Of a DNA stretch of 64,000 nucleotides, positions 52,813 through 64,000 are shown piece after piece. Each line of letters opens with the position of its first letter. Within the stretch, counting starts at the first letter, position 1. The stretch is from Antedon mediterranea (lineage: Eukaryota; Animalia; Echinodermata), in contig NC_092670.1 in NCBI RefSeq assembly GCF_964355755.1, forward strand, positions 41,032,388-41,096,387. The letters run 5' to 3'. Under the pieces are notes generated by a model. That model worked only from the letters and a program-made list of their open reading frames with translations, made no database searches and was not told the origin of the DNA. The position numbers and the translations under genes were made by a program.

Positions 52813-55035
52813 CTGAAATACAAAATAAAAATGGATTGGATCAAACAAGAATTTATAATGAAAATTACTTTGCAATACAGTATGTTATTTAATTAAAAAA
52901 TGTAAAGTATAGTAACATTGATTTTGAATCTTTTGCTATGATATTATCATAACTTTTATTTTGTTTTCTTGATATTGTTTATTCTATTAATTTGTATACA
53001 CAGTAATAACTTATAATCAGTATATTTATGCAGGCAGTCGTAGATGTAATAATAAACATTTATTATATTTTTGCCTTTGAAAAAATTGCTTTAATATTTC
53101 TATTGTCCACCAGGGTAATGTTCAGAGCTTACACAAAGAGTAAAATATACCATGAAGTACTGTAAAGTATTAGGAACAATATTTACAATATTGATAATAA
53201 TTGATTGCTTATATTGTTAATTTTCTGGTGAAAATGTTTCTCTTTTTGTTTTTTGTATAATTTGTATGTGGATGTACATCCATAAATAATGTACTGTACT
53301 ATCCGAAATAAAGAAAATGAATGAATGAATAATCATACAAAATGTCCAAAGCAAGCTCTATGAAAGGTCTGAAGTCAGAGTATTTAATGTGTTTATCATC
53401 ATAAGTTATGAATGTAAGCCATATTGTCGATTTAATATTGCATGCTTTCTATCTGTCTTTGTCTTTTAAGTTTAAGCATTTTATGGTATAACTATAATTA
53501 AATATTCTGCTTCAAGACAAATTGTATATTATACTGTACACTGAAATACAGTAATACTATGCTTTACACTTTTCCCAGAATGATTAATGATAAAATATAG
53601 TATGGCTGAGTACAAATCTACTAATAAAGAATTAGATTACAGATAATAATCTACTGTATCAATACAATAGATTGGAAATGTATTTGTACTGTAGTTTTTT
53701 AAATAAAATTTTTTGCCAATTATCCCACGGGCACTGCTGTAGCAATCGCTGTTCATAGAATCCCTAGGTATTTCTCAAAGCTTGATGACTATACAATTCA
53801 TAAAGTGAAACATTAAATGTGTTCACATAGTGTATTATGTAGTGTGAAAAATGATGGATTTAATGTTTTGTGTAAATATTAAATCTTTCTTTTATAGATA
53901 ATAATTAATATTCAACCTTGACACTTGCAGGGATTGACTTTCAGTATTTAACATCAATATTGTGAAATGTTACCTGATTGTTATTGAACATTACTGTTTG
54001 TTGAGATCCTTTGCTGTTAAGCTTTTCTAATTTTAGACCTGTTAATGTTATTGTAACTGTTTGCATTGTAATATATAGGCCTAGTTACACTGATGTATTT
54101 AATTTAAGGCATATTTCTTTGTTAGTGTTACAATAATAAAAATTTAATTGATGGTCATGGGAATTGTACTACAAACAAAAATCAAGATTATCAACATACA
54201 CTATCAAACAAAAGATACAGAAAATACCTGTAAACAGTAATTAAATTGTACTGTAAACTTAATCTATTTGGAGAATAGTGATGCCATATTACTTAAATAA
54301 ATTACATTAACAAAAACACACTTACCTGTACATGAGGTATAAATATTTAGACAATAATCATGATTGTTTTAGAGTTAATCTCTTCTAACACAATGTAGTA
54401 AGGTCAGGAATGAGTAAAAACGCTGTAAATATCATACTAACTGCACTGCCTCGCCTCCTGCGATTGGATAGCTGCACCCGTTGGACCTGACAGGAAGATA
54501 TTAATTCAGCTAAGAAGTCTAAACATCCTGTTGTATAGGAAAATACATTACAATATGATAATTACAATGTTGATGAAATTACTGGCACAATGTAAATGTT
54601 TTTAGAATATCAATCCAAAAACGAGAACATTAAGATCCTGTGTGTATGTCCTGGTGTAAACATAACATAATATTTCACATGACCTTTGAACAGTTTTATA
54701 TGTTTATAAAGTAAATTTATAGTACAGTACATACCAAAACTAAATAGTGGATTATGTTTGGCAAAGGAATTCTTGGTAGGATTTGAGATAAAAATGTTAA
54801 GTAATGTCAAATGTGATGCAAATACTTTGATATGTTCACAATGTCAAGGCTGGGGTCCACTTACAACACTCCAGCAGCAATGCTCCACTTCAGCAATGGT
54901 GGTTGTAGAATTGACAAAAATAAAGTTTTTTAAATTGCAAAGGTATTGATTGAATGTTATTACTGTACAGTAATTCAAATATCTAAATATCTTATTAAAT
55001 TTCATGAATACAGTACTACTGTAATGGATTCGAAA

Positions 55036-55172
55036 CTATACAGTGACCTTACAGGTCACCTGACCTTACAGGTTATCTTACTTGAGCTTTGAGACTATAA
55101 AGTGACCTTACAGGTTATCTTACTTGAGCTTTGAGACTATACAGTGACCTTACAGGTTATCTTTGAGCTTTG
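55036..55172. repeat. ~42-bp tandem repeat x3
   Basis: gtgaccttacaggttatcttacttgagctttgagactata repeated. Confidence 0.8.
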
Positions 55173-56000
55173 AGGTCCACATAATAAAGACTGGATTCTT
55201 ACTTTTAGTTAGTTATCATAGCAGAATATTTCTATTAATCCATTCTTTGGAGGAAGTACAGTATTTATGTACTGTCGCAATACATTTCTAATTTATAGTT
55301 CAATGGGATTACCAAGGAAATTAAACTATTTTTGATAATTATAATGAAATTTGCCATGAATTATTTCTATTTGAGAAATTTGTAATTGTAATGAAACAAC
55401 GATTTAATGAATGAAAATGCATGACTTGGTGAGGCTTGCTCTGTCATCAACATCTGGAATGAGGAAGCCATAGTGTCAACAATGTTTTATATACTAGGAT
55501 TTGATTGAAGGCTATGGATAATAAACATTCCTATGACTACAGGATTACATATTTATGCATTTCCTAGAACATTACCGCAACAATTAAAATAAATGTAAGG
55601 AAGAAATTAAAATTATTAGGTATTGGTACCAACATTTTTTTTTTTTCAATAATAATAATGTTGTAACTCAATTCAATGTTGTGTTAACTGTTATGTTATG
55701 ATGATATCATCACAGTTTACTGTAGGTACTGTATAAAAGGTTTAGATTTGTATCCATTATATCTTATTAATGGTATATAAGTATGTATCTCAAATCAAAT
55801 AGTTATGTTATGATAGTATCATCACAATTTACTGTAGGTATTCATTACACTATACCTTATTATAATGGTACAGGTATAAGTGCAGTATGCAACTCCAATC
55901 AAATGGTTGTTGTGGTATGATAATATCCCCACAGACAAGAATCTAGCAACGATGAAATAAAAATATGCACCCTGCAAAAATCAGATACTGTGCAGATAAC

Positions 56001-56564
56001 CCTGTACAGTAGTATACAGAGGATAAACCTAGGTTAATCTATGCCTGTACAGTAGTATACAGAGGATAAACCTAGGTTAATCTATGCCTGTACAGTAGTA
56101 TACAGAGGATAAACCTAGGTTAATCTATGCCTGTACAGTAGTATACAGAGGATAAACCTAGGTTAATCTATGCCTGTACAGTAGTATACAGAGGATAAAC
56201 CTAGGTTAATCTATGCCTGTACAGTAGTATACAGAGGATAAACCTAGGTTAATCTATGCCTGTACAGTAGTATACAGAGGATAAACCTAGGTTAATCTAT
56301 GCCTGTACAGTAGTATACAGAGGATAAACCTAGGTTAATCTATGCCTGTACAGTAGTATACAGAGGATAAACCTAGGTTAATCTATGCCTGTAGTATACA
56401 GAGGATAAACCTAGGTTAATCTATGCCTGTACAGTAGTATACAGAGGATAAACCTAGGTTAATCTATGCCTGTACAGTAGTATACAGAGGATAAACCTAG
56501 GTTAATCTATGCCTGTAGTATACAGAGGATAAACCTAGGTTAATCTATGCCTGTAGTATACAGA
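56001..56564. repeat. 43-bp minisatellite x~13 (with 38-bp variants)
   Basis: Unit cctgtacagtagtatacagaggataaacctaggttaatctatg. Confidence 0.92.
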
Positions 56565-58078
56565 ATTTGATCAAACTACACAATGTGCATTTCAGACAAA
56601 AGCAATGAAATATGATGTAGAAAAGTAGATGATTACACACATGTAAATTTACATAATAAATTGTGGATTTATTTTTGGCAAATAATCAAGATCCTAGTCT
56701 GCTTCACCTGATTAGACACATTAATCAACAGCTACAACATTAATGTACAGTTACATTAATAACATGAGGAAGATGACATGATCATTTCAAACATTGTAAC
56801 AAAGAAGATCAGTAACATATAGTCACATGAATTATGTTAATAACGGTAACATGATATGTTTAGCTCAAAGAAGAAACAATAAAATCTACTTTTAGTATAT
56901 TAGAGTTAGACAATGGACTAGTGCATTGTGCATGCTATTATTCAATATACTAAATTCAGATTAATAAATCTTTCTCAATGGTTAAGTAATTAAGTGAGTT
57001 ACAGATTACAATAATAATCCCTTTTTAGAGTAATCAGAATTGCCATACATCTAAAAATTAAATGAAATTAAGAATTTATGTATAAATTGCTAATTTTGTA
57101 TCGATCCAGGATTAAGATATTAGAATAAATTATAATATATTAAAAAGTTTTATATTTAAATTAAATTAATTATTTTGCTTTTATTTTGATTCTTATTGAA
57201 ATTGAATTTATTAATTTGTATAATAAAAAGAGTGGAAATAATAGAGGTGGGTTGCTCCCACGAAAGACAAAAAAACCCTTTTTATTTCAGATAACTAAAT
57301 CAAAGCTCCTTTAGTTTAATCAGAGTATTCTTGTACGAATGTTTCTGATTAAAATATTTTCTTTCATATCAACCCAACCCTTCCAATATTATTTGCATTA
57401 ACTAGGACCTTACTGTGTTTGACATTTAAACAATTAATTAGCAGACTTAATTTATGATTGTTGAGACTGTCTTGACAAATTTTATTGGCAAATTTGCCAA
57501 CCTGTCAAAAAAAGTAAATAAAAGAAAGGCTTTTAAAATTAATATATATGCTGTGCTTCTAATGTAATCATTAAATATAAAGAAAGCTAGACCTAAAAAA
57601 CCTAATATAAATTTTGGTTTTCACAATTTGAACTCTCTTTCTTAGCTTCTTTCTGTTAAGTTGAGCAGAGTTTTGTGTGTGCAGCCCAACTCACTCAGTT
57701 AGTACACTCACGCACCTGCTGGATGGCACAGTCAGGCCTACTTACTTACTTACGGCTAGGCTAGCCGAACGGCGTGAAGTTGCAGACATATAAATACAAT
57801 TTAAATACACAAACAAATGCAATTTATAGGAGTAATGTGTAATCAACTATCCTATAATGATGTAAAATCTAAAGATGCCAAACTTACCGAATAATTATTT
57901 AAGATATTTCGAGACTAATCCTAGACAACACATTTGTCACATATTAAGAACATACTTGACACACACGTCTTTCTGTCCCTGTCTTGTTTTGTGTTTGCTG
58001 CCCTCTATGAGAGTCTCCAATAGCACTTTTCAAAAAACTAAAATCACTTTCTTCTTTCACTGCTTATCTTTCCTTTTA

Positions 58079-58260
58079 AATTGTAAACAAATTAATTGTC
58101 TTCATATCCCTCGTCACACCTTGTTAACAATATACACACACATATATATATATTGTAAACAAATTAATTGTCTTCATATCCCTCGTCACACCTTGTTAAC
58201 AATATATACACACATATATATATTGTAAACAAATTACTTGTCTTCATATCCCTCGTCACA
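58079..58260. repeat. ~71-bp tandem repeat x2.5
   Basis: attgtaaacaaattaattgtcttcatatccctcgtcaca repeated. Confidence 0.85.
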
Positions 58261-58563
58261 ATCAATATTACCGCTTTATATTATTTTCTAATTAAATAAG
58301 AACATGTCAATAACAATAATAACCAAAACACCCTTTTCTATTGCTTTTATTCTTTTCAATTATTACTTATAGTATTACAGTTCCATGAAGATGCAGATTA
58401 AGAGAGGGACCAAGTGGATTTAGCAAGGAAACCAATTCAGCTTCAATTTTTGAAAGGTTATACTGATTTCAAATTGAAGTTCTTAATTATAATGAACCTG
58501 TTCCAGTATAATAAAACCATTGGACACAATGTTCACGATTGTAATTACTATAGCAATACAATT

Positions 58564-58713
58564 TCAGTCGTCTAACAATGATTGTAATTTTAATTCTGCT
58601 AACTGATTGGCTCGTCGATCTCGTTGTATACTTTCACGTAATTCTTGGAGTTTGTCCTCTATTGTGCATCCAATGTATTCAAAAGGTTGTGTTACCTTGC
58701 TCTCTTGTGGTAG
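58564..58713 (-). CDS. Unidentified protein, terminal exon (C-terminal coiled-coil-like segment)
   Basis: tttatag|LPQESKVTQPFEYIGCTIEDKLQELRESIQRDRRANQLAELKLQSLLDD*; 150 nt, in phase with the exon at 59985-60063. Confidence 0.75.
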   Translation of the reverse strand, partial: LPQESKVTQPFEYIGCTIEDKLQELRESIQRDRRANQLAELKLQSLLDD

Positions 58714-58835
58714 CTATAAAAAAATAAAATAAATTGTGGTTTAAAACAAAAAGCCTTGTTTCTTATTTAAAATATTGTATTGCTGTGTATAGTAAGATTC
58801 AATAATGTATTAAAATATATAGTGTACAAGTGTTA

Positions 58836-59121
58836 AGGTCTGGCTACACTATCAAACTGACAACAAATGTGATGTGCCATGGACATAATGGCATGTTTGT
58901 ATGTATGTATTTTTGTTATTGCTATGTATATTTTAAGGGGGAATGTGGATAGAGGTGCTTGTCACCTGTCCATCCCTTTCTTTTCGCTGCTTGTTTTGTT
59001 TTGTGTTTTTGTATGCAGTGATAAAGTTTAATAAATAAAAAAAAAAAATTGTCATATAACTACCATATTTGGGCACATCACACTTTGTTTGTCAAACTAG
59101 TTTGATAGTGTAGACAGAGCT
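58836..59121. mobile_element. MITE family copy carrying an internal A-tailed insert (~58893-59048)
   Basis: TIRs aggtctggctacactatcaaact / agtttgatagtgtagacagagct, tta flanks; the insert ends in aataaataaaaaaaaaaaa. Confidence 0.7.
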
Positions 59122-59125
59122 TTAT

Positions 59126-59940
59126 TGCAAGATGTGTGTCTTAAGTACATGCAAGATGTGTCTTAAGTACATGCAAGATGTGTCTTAAGTACATGCAAGA
59201 TGTGTCTTAAGTACATGCAAAATGTGTCTTAAGTACATGCAAAATGTGTCTTAAGTACATGCAAGATGTGTCTTAAGTACATGCAAGATGTGTCTTAAGT
59301 ACATGCAAGATGTGTCTTAAGTACATGCAAGATGTGTCTTAAGTACATGCAAGATGCGTCTTAAGTACATGCAAGATGTGTCTTAAGTACATGCAAGATG
59401 TGTCTTAAGTACATGCAAAATGTGTCTTAAGTACATGCAAGATGTGTCTTAAGTACATGCAAGATGTGTCTTAAGTACATGCAAGATGTGTCTTAAGTAC
59501 ATGCAAGATGTGTCTTAAGTTCATGCAAGATGTGTCTTAAGTTCATGCAAGATGTGTCTTAAGTACATGCAAGATGTGTCTTAAGTACATGCAAGATGTG
59601 TCTTAAGTACATGCAAGATGTGTCTTAAGTACATGCAAGATGTGTCTTAAGTACATGCAAGATGTGTCTTAAGTACATGCAAAATGTGTCTTAAGTACAT
59701 GCAAGATGTGTCTTAAGTACATGCAAGATGTTTCTTAAGTACATGCAAGATGTGTCTTAAGTACATGCAAGATGTGTCTTAAGTACATGCAAGATGCGTC
59801 TTAAGTACATGCAAAATGTGTCTTAAGTACATGCAAAATGTGTCTTAAGTACATGCAAGATGTGTCTTAAGTACATGCAAAATGTGTCTTAAGTACATGC
59901 AAGATGTGTCTTAAGTACATGCAAGATGTGTCTTAAGTAC
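59126..59940. repeat. 22-bp minisatellite x~37
   Basis: Unit gcaagatgtgtcttaagtacat; fills most of the last intron of the unidentified gene. Confidence 0.93.
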
Positions 59941-59984
59941 AGTACCAACGTATCCATTAAATACAATGCAACTTAGAAATAAAC

Positions 59985-60063
59985 CTTTAATTGAAATGTT
60001 GGAGTAAAGTGTGCTAAGGGGTCTTCACCAGGTTCACTGCATGCTGACAACAGCTTGTCCAGT
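59985..60063 (-). CDS. Unidentified protein, internal exon
   Basis: tttatag|A LDKLLSACSEPGEDPLAHFTPTFQLK|gtttat; 79 nt, phases 2/0; the donor is weak. Confidence 0.7.
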
Positions 60064-60470
60064 CTATAAAAAGAAAATAGTATTTTGACAATATACATTT
60101 AAAGTGTAGATTTATTATATAGTTATGTAGAAGCAACCATTTTATTTAGTGTGACATTAGACACCCTCACATTCAAAGAAAAGAAAATTATATTAAAATT
60201 AAACTTTTCTTATTTAAAGAGTGAGCTGTAGTTTAAAGCATATGCCCATATATGGACATGATGATGTCATACCACTACCATATTTGAGAACATCATATTT
60301 TTTTTTTTAAATTATGTTGACAGTGTAAACAGAACCTTAGGACCTTGTACTAAATGAGAGTGTATTTCTTTTACAACCAATCAATGTATTACTGTGAGTT
60401 ACCACTCACTACAACATTCAGACACAATACAAAATCCTCAATATGATCTCTGCAATAACTTCTCAATTAC

Positions 60471-60656
60471 CTTTTCATTTCTTCTTTTTCTTTGGTAAGT
60501 TGATGTTTAAAATCTTCAACCGTCTCACTTGTTTCTTTCACAATAGCAATTGGTTTTGAAATCACTTTAATTAGTGTTAGCATGTCCGCACCATCAGTTT
60601 GCTCATTACTCTCGTCCCTCTTTTTGTTTGCACTTTCATAGAATGACTTGACAATT
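60471..60656 (-). CDS. Unidentified protein, internal exon
   Basis: tttacag|A IVKSFYESANKKRDES...KEKEEMK AG|gtaatt; inside ORF 60467..60682; 186 nt, phases 2/2. Confidence 0.8.
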
Positions 60657-60905
60657 CTGTAAAAAACATAATCAAAATTCACAATTAATAATATTCCTGC
60701 AAAAACATAATAACTAATATGACATAATGACTATATTTCCTAATCTATGATGATAAGACTTTAAACACTCATATAGGATTATGACAGTGAAAACATTTTT
60801 GTTTGGTTTCTATTATTAAATCATTGATTGTAAACCAAAATTAATACTGGTTTACAATCAATGATTATGTTGTCACTGACAAGATGAGATTGAATGGTTT
60901 CTTAC

Positions 60906-61035
60906 TTTTCAGGGTGAAAACGCCTATCATCAGCAGTCTGCTTAGTTGCAAGTTTCCAGGAATGTGGTGGTTTGTAAGTACTTAAGTCAGATTCTAGATA
61001 ATATACTAAAAACAAGCGTGGGTCTCCATCCAATT
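60906..61035 (-). CDS. Unidentified protein, internal exon
   Basis: tttgtag|AA LDGDPRLFLVYYLESDLSTYKPPHSWKLATKQTADDRRFHPE AA|gtaaga; 130 nt, phases 1/2, open in the frame set by both neighbours. Confidence 0.8.
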
Positions 61036-61247
61036 CTACAAAAGAAACAAATTAATTTCCACCTCATTTTTTTTGTACAATGTTTACTTTGTTGCAATAA
61101 AATAATTTGAACCGTTCATGAAATTATTTGTACTATTGCACTCATAAACATTAATTATTCTGTATAATATGTGAGCTTAGTGATGAATATACAACTATAA
61201 CACTGGCTAGAAATATCAATTGTCAATTCAGAAAACAAGATGCTAAA

Positions 61248-63782
61248 ATAACTAAGTGGAGTTGATAGGGCCTTACCTTCTTGGTACTGCATGGCATCTT
61301 GCAGCATTGCCAACTTATAGCTAATACATGTCTCTACTATCTTAATCCATGGAATATGAGCTACAGTAGGTACACGGCCACTTTGATCAAAACTTAATAA
61401 CTAAGTGCAGTTGATAGGGCCTTACCTTCTTGGTATTGCATGGCATCTTGCAGCATTGCCAACTTATAGCTAATACATGTCTCTACTATCTTAATCCATG
61501 GAATATGAGCTACAGTCGGCACACAGCCACTTTGATCAAAACTTAATAACTAAGTGCAGTTGATAGGGCCTTACCTTCTTGGTATTGCATGGCATCTTGC
61601 AGCATTGCCAACTTATAGCTAATACATGTCTCTACTATCTTAATCCATGGAATATGAGCTACAGTCGGCACACAGCCACTTTGATCAAAACTTAATAACT
61701 AAGTGCAGTTGATAGGGCCTTACCTTCTTGGTATTGCATGGCATCTTGCAGCATTGCCAACTTATAGCTAATACATGTCTCTACTATCGTAATCCATGGA
61801 ATATGAGCTACAGTCGGCACACAGCCACTTTGATCAAAACTTAATAACTAAGTGGAGTTGATAGGGCCTTACCTTCTTGGTATTGCATGGCATCTTGCAG
61901 CATTGCCAACTTATAGCTAATACATGTCTCTACTATCGTAATCCATGGAATATGAGCTACAGTCGGCACACAGCCACTTTGATCAAAACTTAATAACTAA
62001 GTGGAGTTGATAGGGCCTTACCTTCTTGGTATTGCATGGCATCTTGCAGCATTGCCAACTTATAGCTAATACATGTCTCTACTATCTTAATCCATGGAAT
62101 ATGAGCTACAGTCGGCACACAGCCACTTTGATCAAAACTTAATAACTAAGTGGAGTTGATAGGGCCTTACCTTCTTGGTATTGCATGGCATCTTGCAGCA
62201 TTGCCAACTTATAGCTAATACATGTCTCTACTATCGTAATCCATGGAATATGAGCTACAGTCGGCACACAGCCACTTTGATCAAAACTTAATAACTAAGT
62301 GGAGTTGATAGGGCCTTACCTTCTTGGTATTGCATGGCATCTTGCAGCATTGCCAACTTATAGCTAATACATGTCTCTACTATCTTAATCCATGGAATAT
62401 GAGCTACAGTAGGTACACAGCCACTTTGATCAAAACTTAATAACTAAGTGCAGTTGATAGGGCCTTACCTTCTTGGTATTGCATGGCATCTTGCAGCATT
62501 GCCAACTTATAGCTAATACATGTCTCTACTATCTTAATCCATGGAATATGAGCTACAGTAGGTACACAGCCACTTTGATCAAAACTTAATAACTAAGTGC
62601 AGTTGATAGGGCCTTACCTTCTTGGTATTGCATGGCATCTTGCAGCATTGCCAACTTATAGCTAATACATGTCTCTACTATCTTAATCCATGGAATATGC
62701 GCTACAGTAGGTACACAGCCACTTTGATCAAAACTTAATAACTAAGTGCAGTTGATAGGGCCTTACCTTCTTGGTATTGCATGGCATCTTGCAGCATTGC
62801 CAACTTACAGCTAATACATGTCTCTACTATCTTAATCCATGGAATATGCGCTACAGTAGGTACACAGCCACTTTGATCAAAACTTAATAACTAAGTGCAG
62901 TTGATAGGGCCTTACCTTCTTGGTATTGCATGGCATCTTGCAGCATTGCCAACTTATAGCTAATACATGTCTCTACTATCTTAATCCATGGAATATGAGC
63001 TACAGTAGGTACACAGCCACTTTGATCAAAACTTAATAACTAAGTGCAGTTGATAGGGCCTTACCTTCTTGGTATTGCATGGCATCTTGCAGCATTGCCA
63101 ACTTATAGCTAATACATGTCTCTACTATCTTAATCCATGGAATATGAGCTACAGTCGGCACACAGCCACTTTGATCAAAACTTAATAACTAAGTGGAGTT
63201 GATATGGCCTTACCTTCTTGGTATTGCATGGCATCTTGCAGCATTGCCAACTTATAGCTAATACATGTCTCTACTATCTTAATCCATGGAATATGCGCTA
63301 CAGTAGGTACACAGCCACTTTGATCAAAACTTAATAACTAAGTGCAGTTGATAGGGCCTTACCTTCTTGGTATTGCATGGCATCTTGCAGCATTGCCAAC
63401 TTACAGCTAATACATGTCTCTACTATCTTAATCCATGGAATATGCGCTACAGTAGGTACACAGCCACTTTGATCAAAACTTAATAACTAAGTGCAGTTGA
63501 TAGGGCCTTACCTTCTTGGTATTGCATGGCATCTTGCAGCATTGCCAACTTATAGCTAATACATGTCTCTACTATCTTAATCCATGGAATATGAGCTACA
63601 GTAGGTACACAGCCACTTTGATCAAAACTTAATAACTAAGTGCAGTTGATAGGGCCTTACCTTCTTGGTATTGCATGGCATCTTGCAGCATTGCCAACTT
63701 ATAGCTAATACATGTCTCTACTATCTTAATCCATGGAATATGCGCTACAGTCGGTACACAGCCACTTTGATCAAAACTTAAG
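61248..63782. repeat. 149-bp tandem repeat x17 made of an exon 3' part plus its splice donor
   Basis: ccttacc recurs every 149 bp from 61271 to 63655; the rightmost copy is part of exon 63661-63833. Confidence 0.95.
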
Positions 63783-63833
63783 TAGCATGTATTCTCAAAC
63801 TCACGTTGTCTTCTCTCCAAGATCCTCTTTACT
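63661..63833 (-). CDS. Unidentified protein, most 5' exon in the window (gene continues beyond 64000)
   Basis: tttacag|A VKRILERRQREFENTCYLSFDQSGCVPTVAHIPWIKIVETCISYKLAMLQDAMQYQE G|gtaagg; 173 nt, phases 2/1. Confidence 0.78.
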
Positions 63834-64000
63834 CTGTAAAAATATAATTACAATGTTACAATTGTTAGTTACATAGATAGATAGATAGATAAAATTTTAT
63901 TCGTCATAAAATAAATAAAATTACATTATGAAAATTGTCATTGGATTTCAAAGATAGTATTCTTGAATCTTTTATTTATGAAGATGTAACATCTTATTCT

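Overview
AT-rich, intron-rich animal genomic DNA. Gene structure and repeat content suggest an invertebrate deuterostome such as an echinoderm, but this is an inference. Three spliced protein-coding genes lie on the minus strand, and their exons were assembled by hand with consistent GT-AG phases. (1) A 5-exon, 274-aa aquaporin (15736->5085) with NPA/NPI motifs and a non-canonical ar/R filter. (2) A 6-coding-exon, ~942-aa EXTL3 (exostosin-like 3; 52665->40339). (3) The last five exons of an unidentified protein (63833->58564; the 5' part lies outside the window). Between EXTL3 and the aquaporin start lies a ~23.4-kb head-to-tail array of ~150 tRNA-Ile(AAT) genes (~154-bp unit, own Pol III terminators) with nested higher-order repeats and recurrent variant classes. 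Nearly all ORF-track calls from 16-39 kb are artefacts of this array. Other notable structure: minisatellites that multiply real splice sites (12 donors at EXTL3 exon 4, of which the native one and the next five are in frame; 17 copies of an exon end plus donor in gene 3; duplicated acceptors in aquaporin and EXTL3). There are also candidate DNA-transposon excision scars (TA-CAG/CTG/GGCC-TA; ~25-40-bp CAT...ATG hairpins with 7-bp duplications), MITEs, a CR1/L2-like LINE fragment, a tRNA-derived SINE and many minisatellites.
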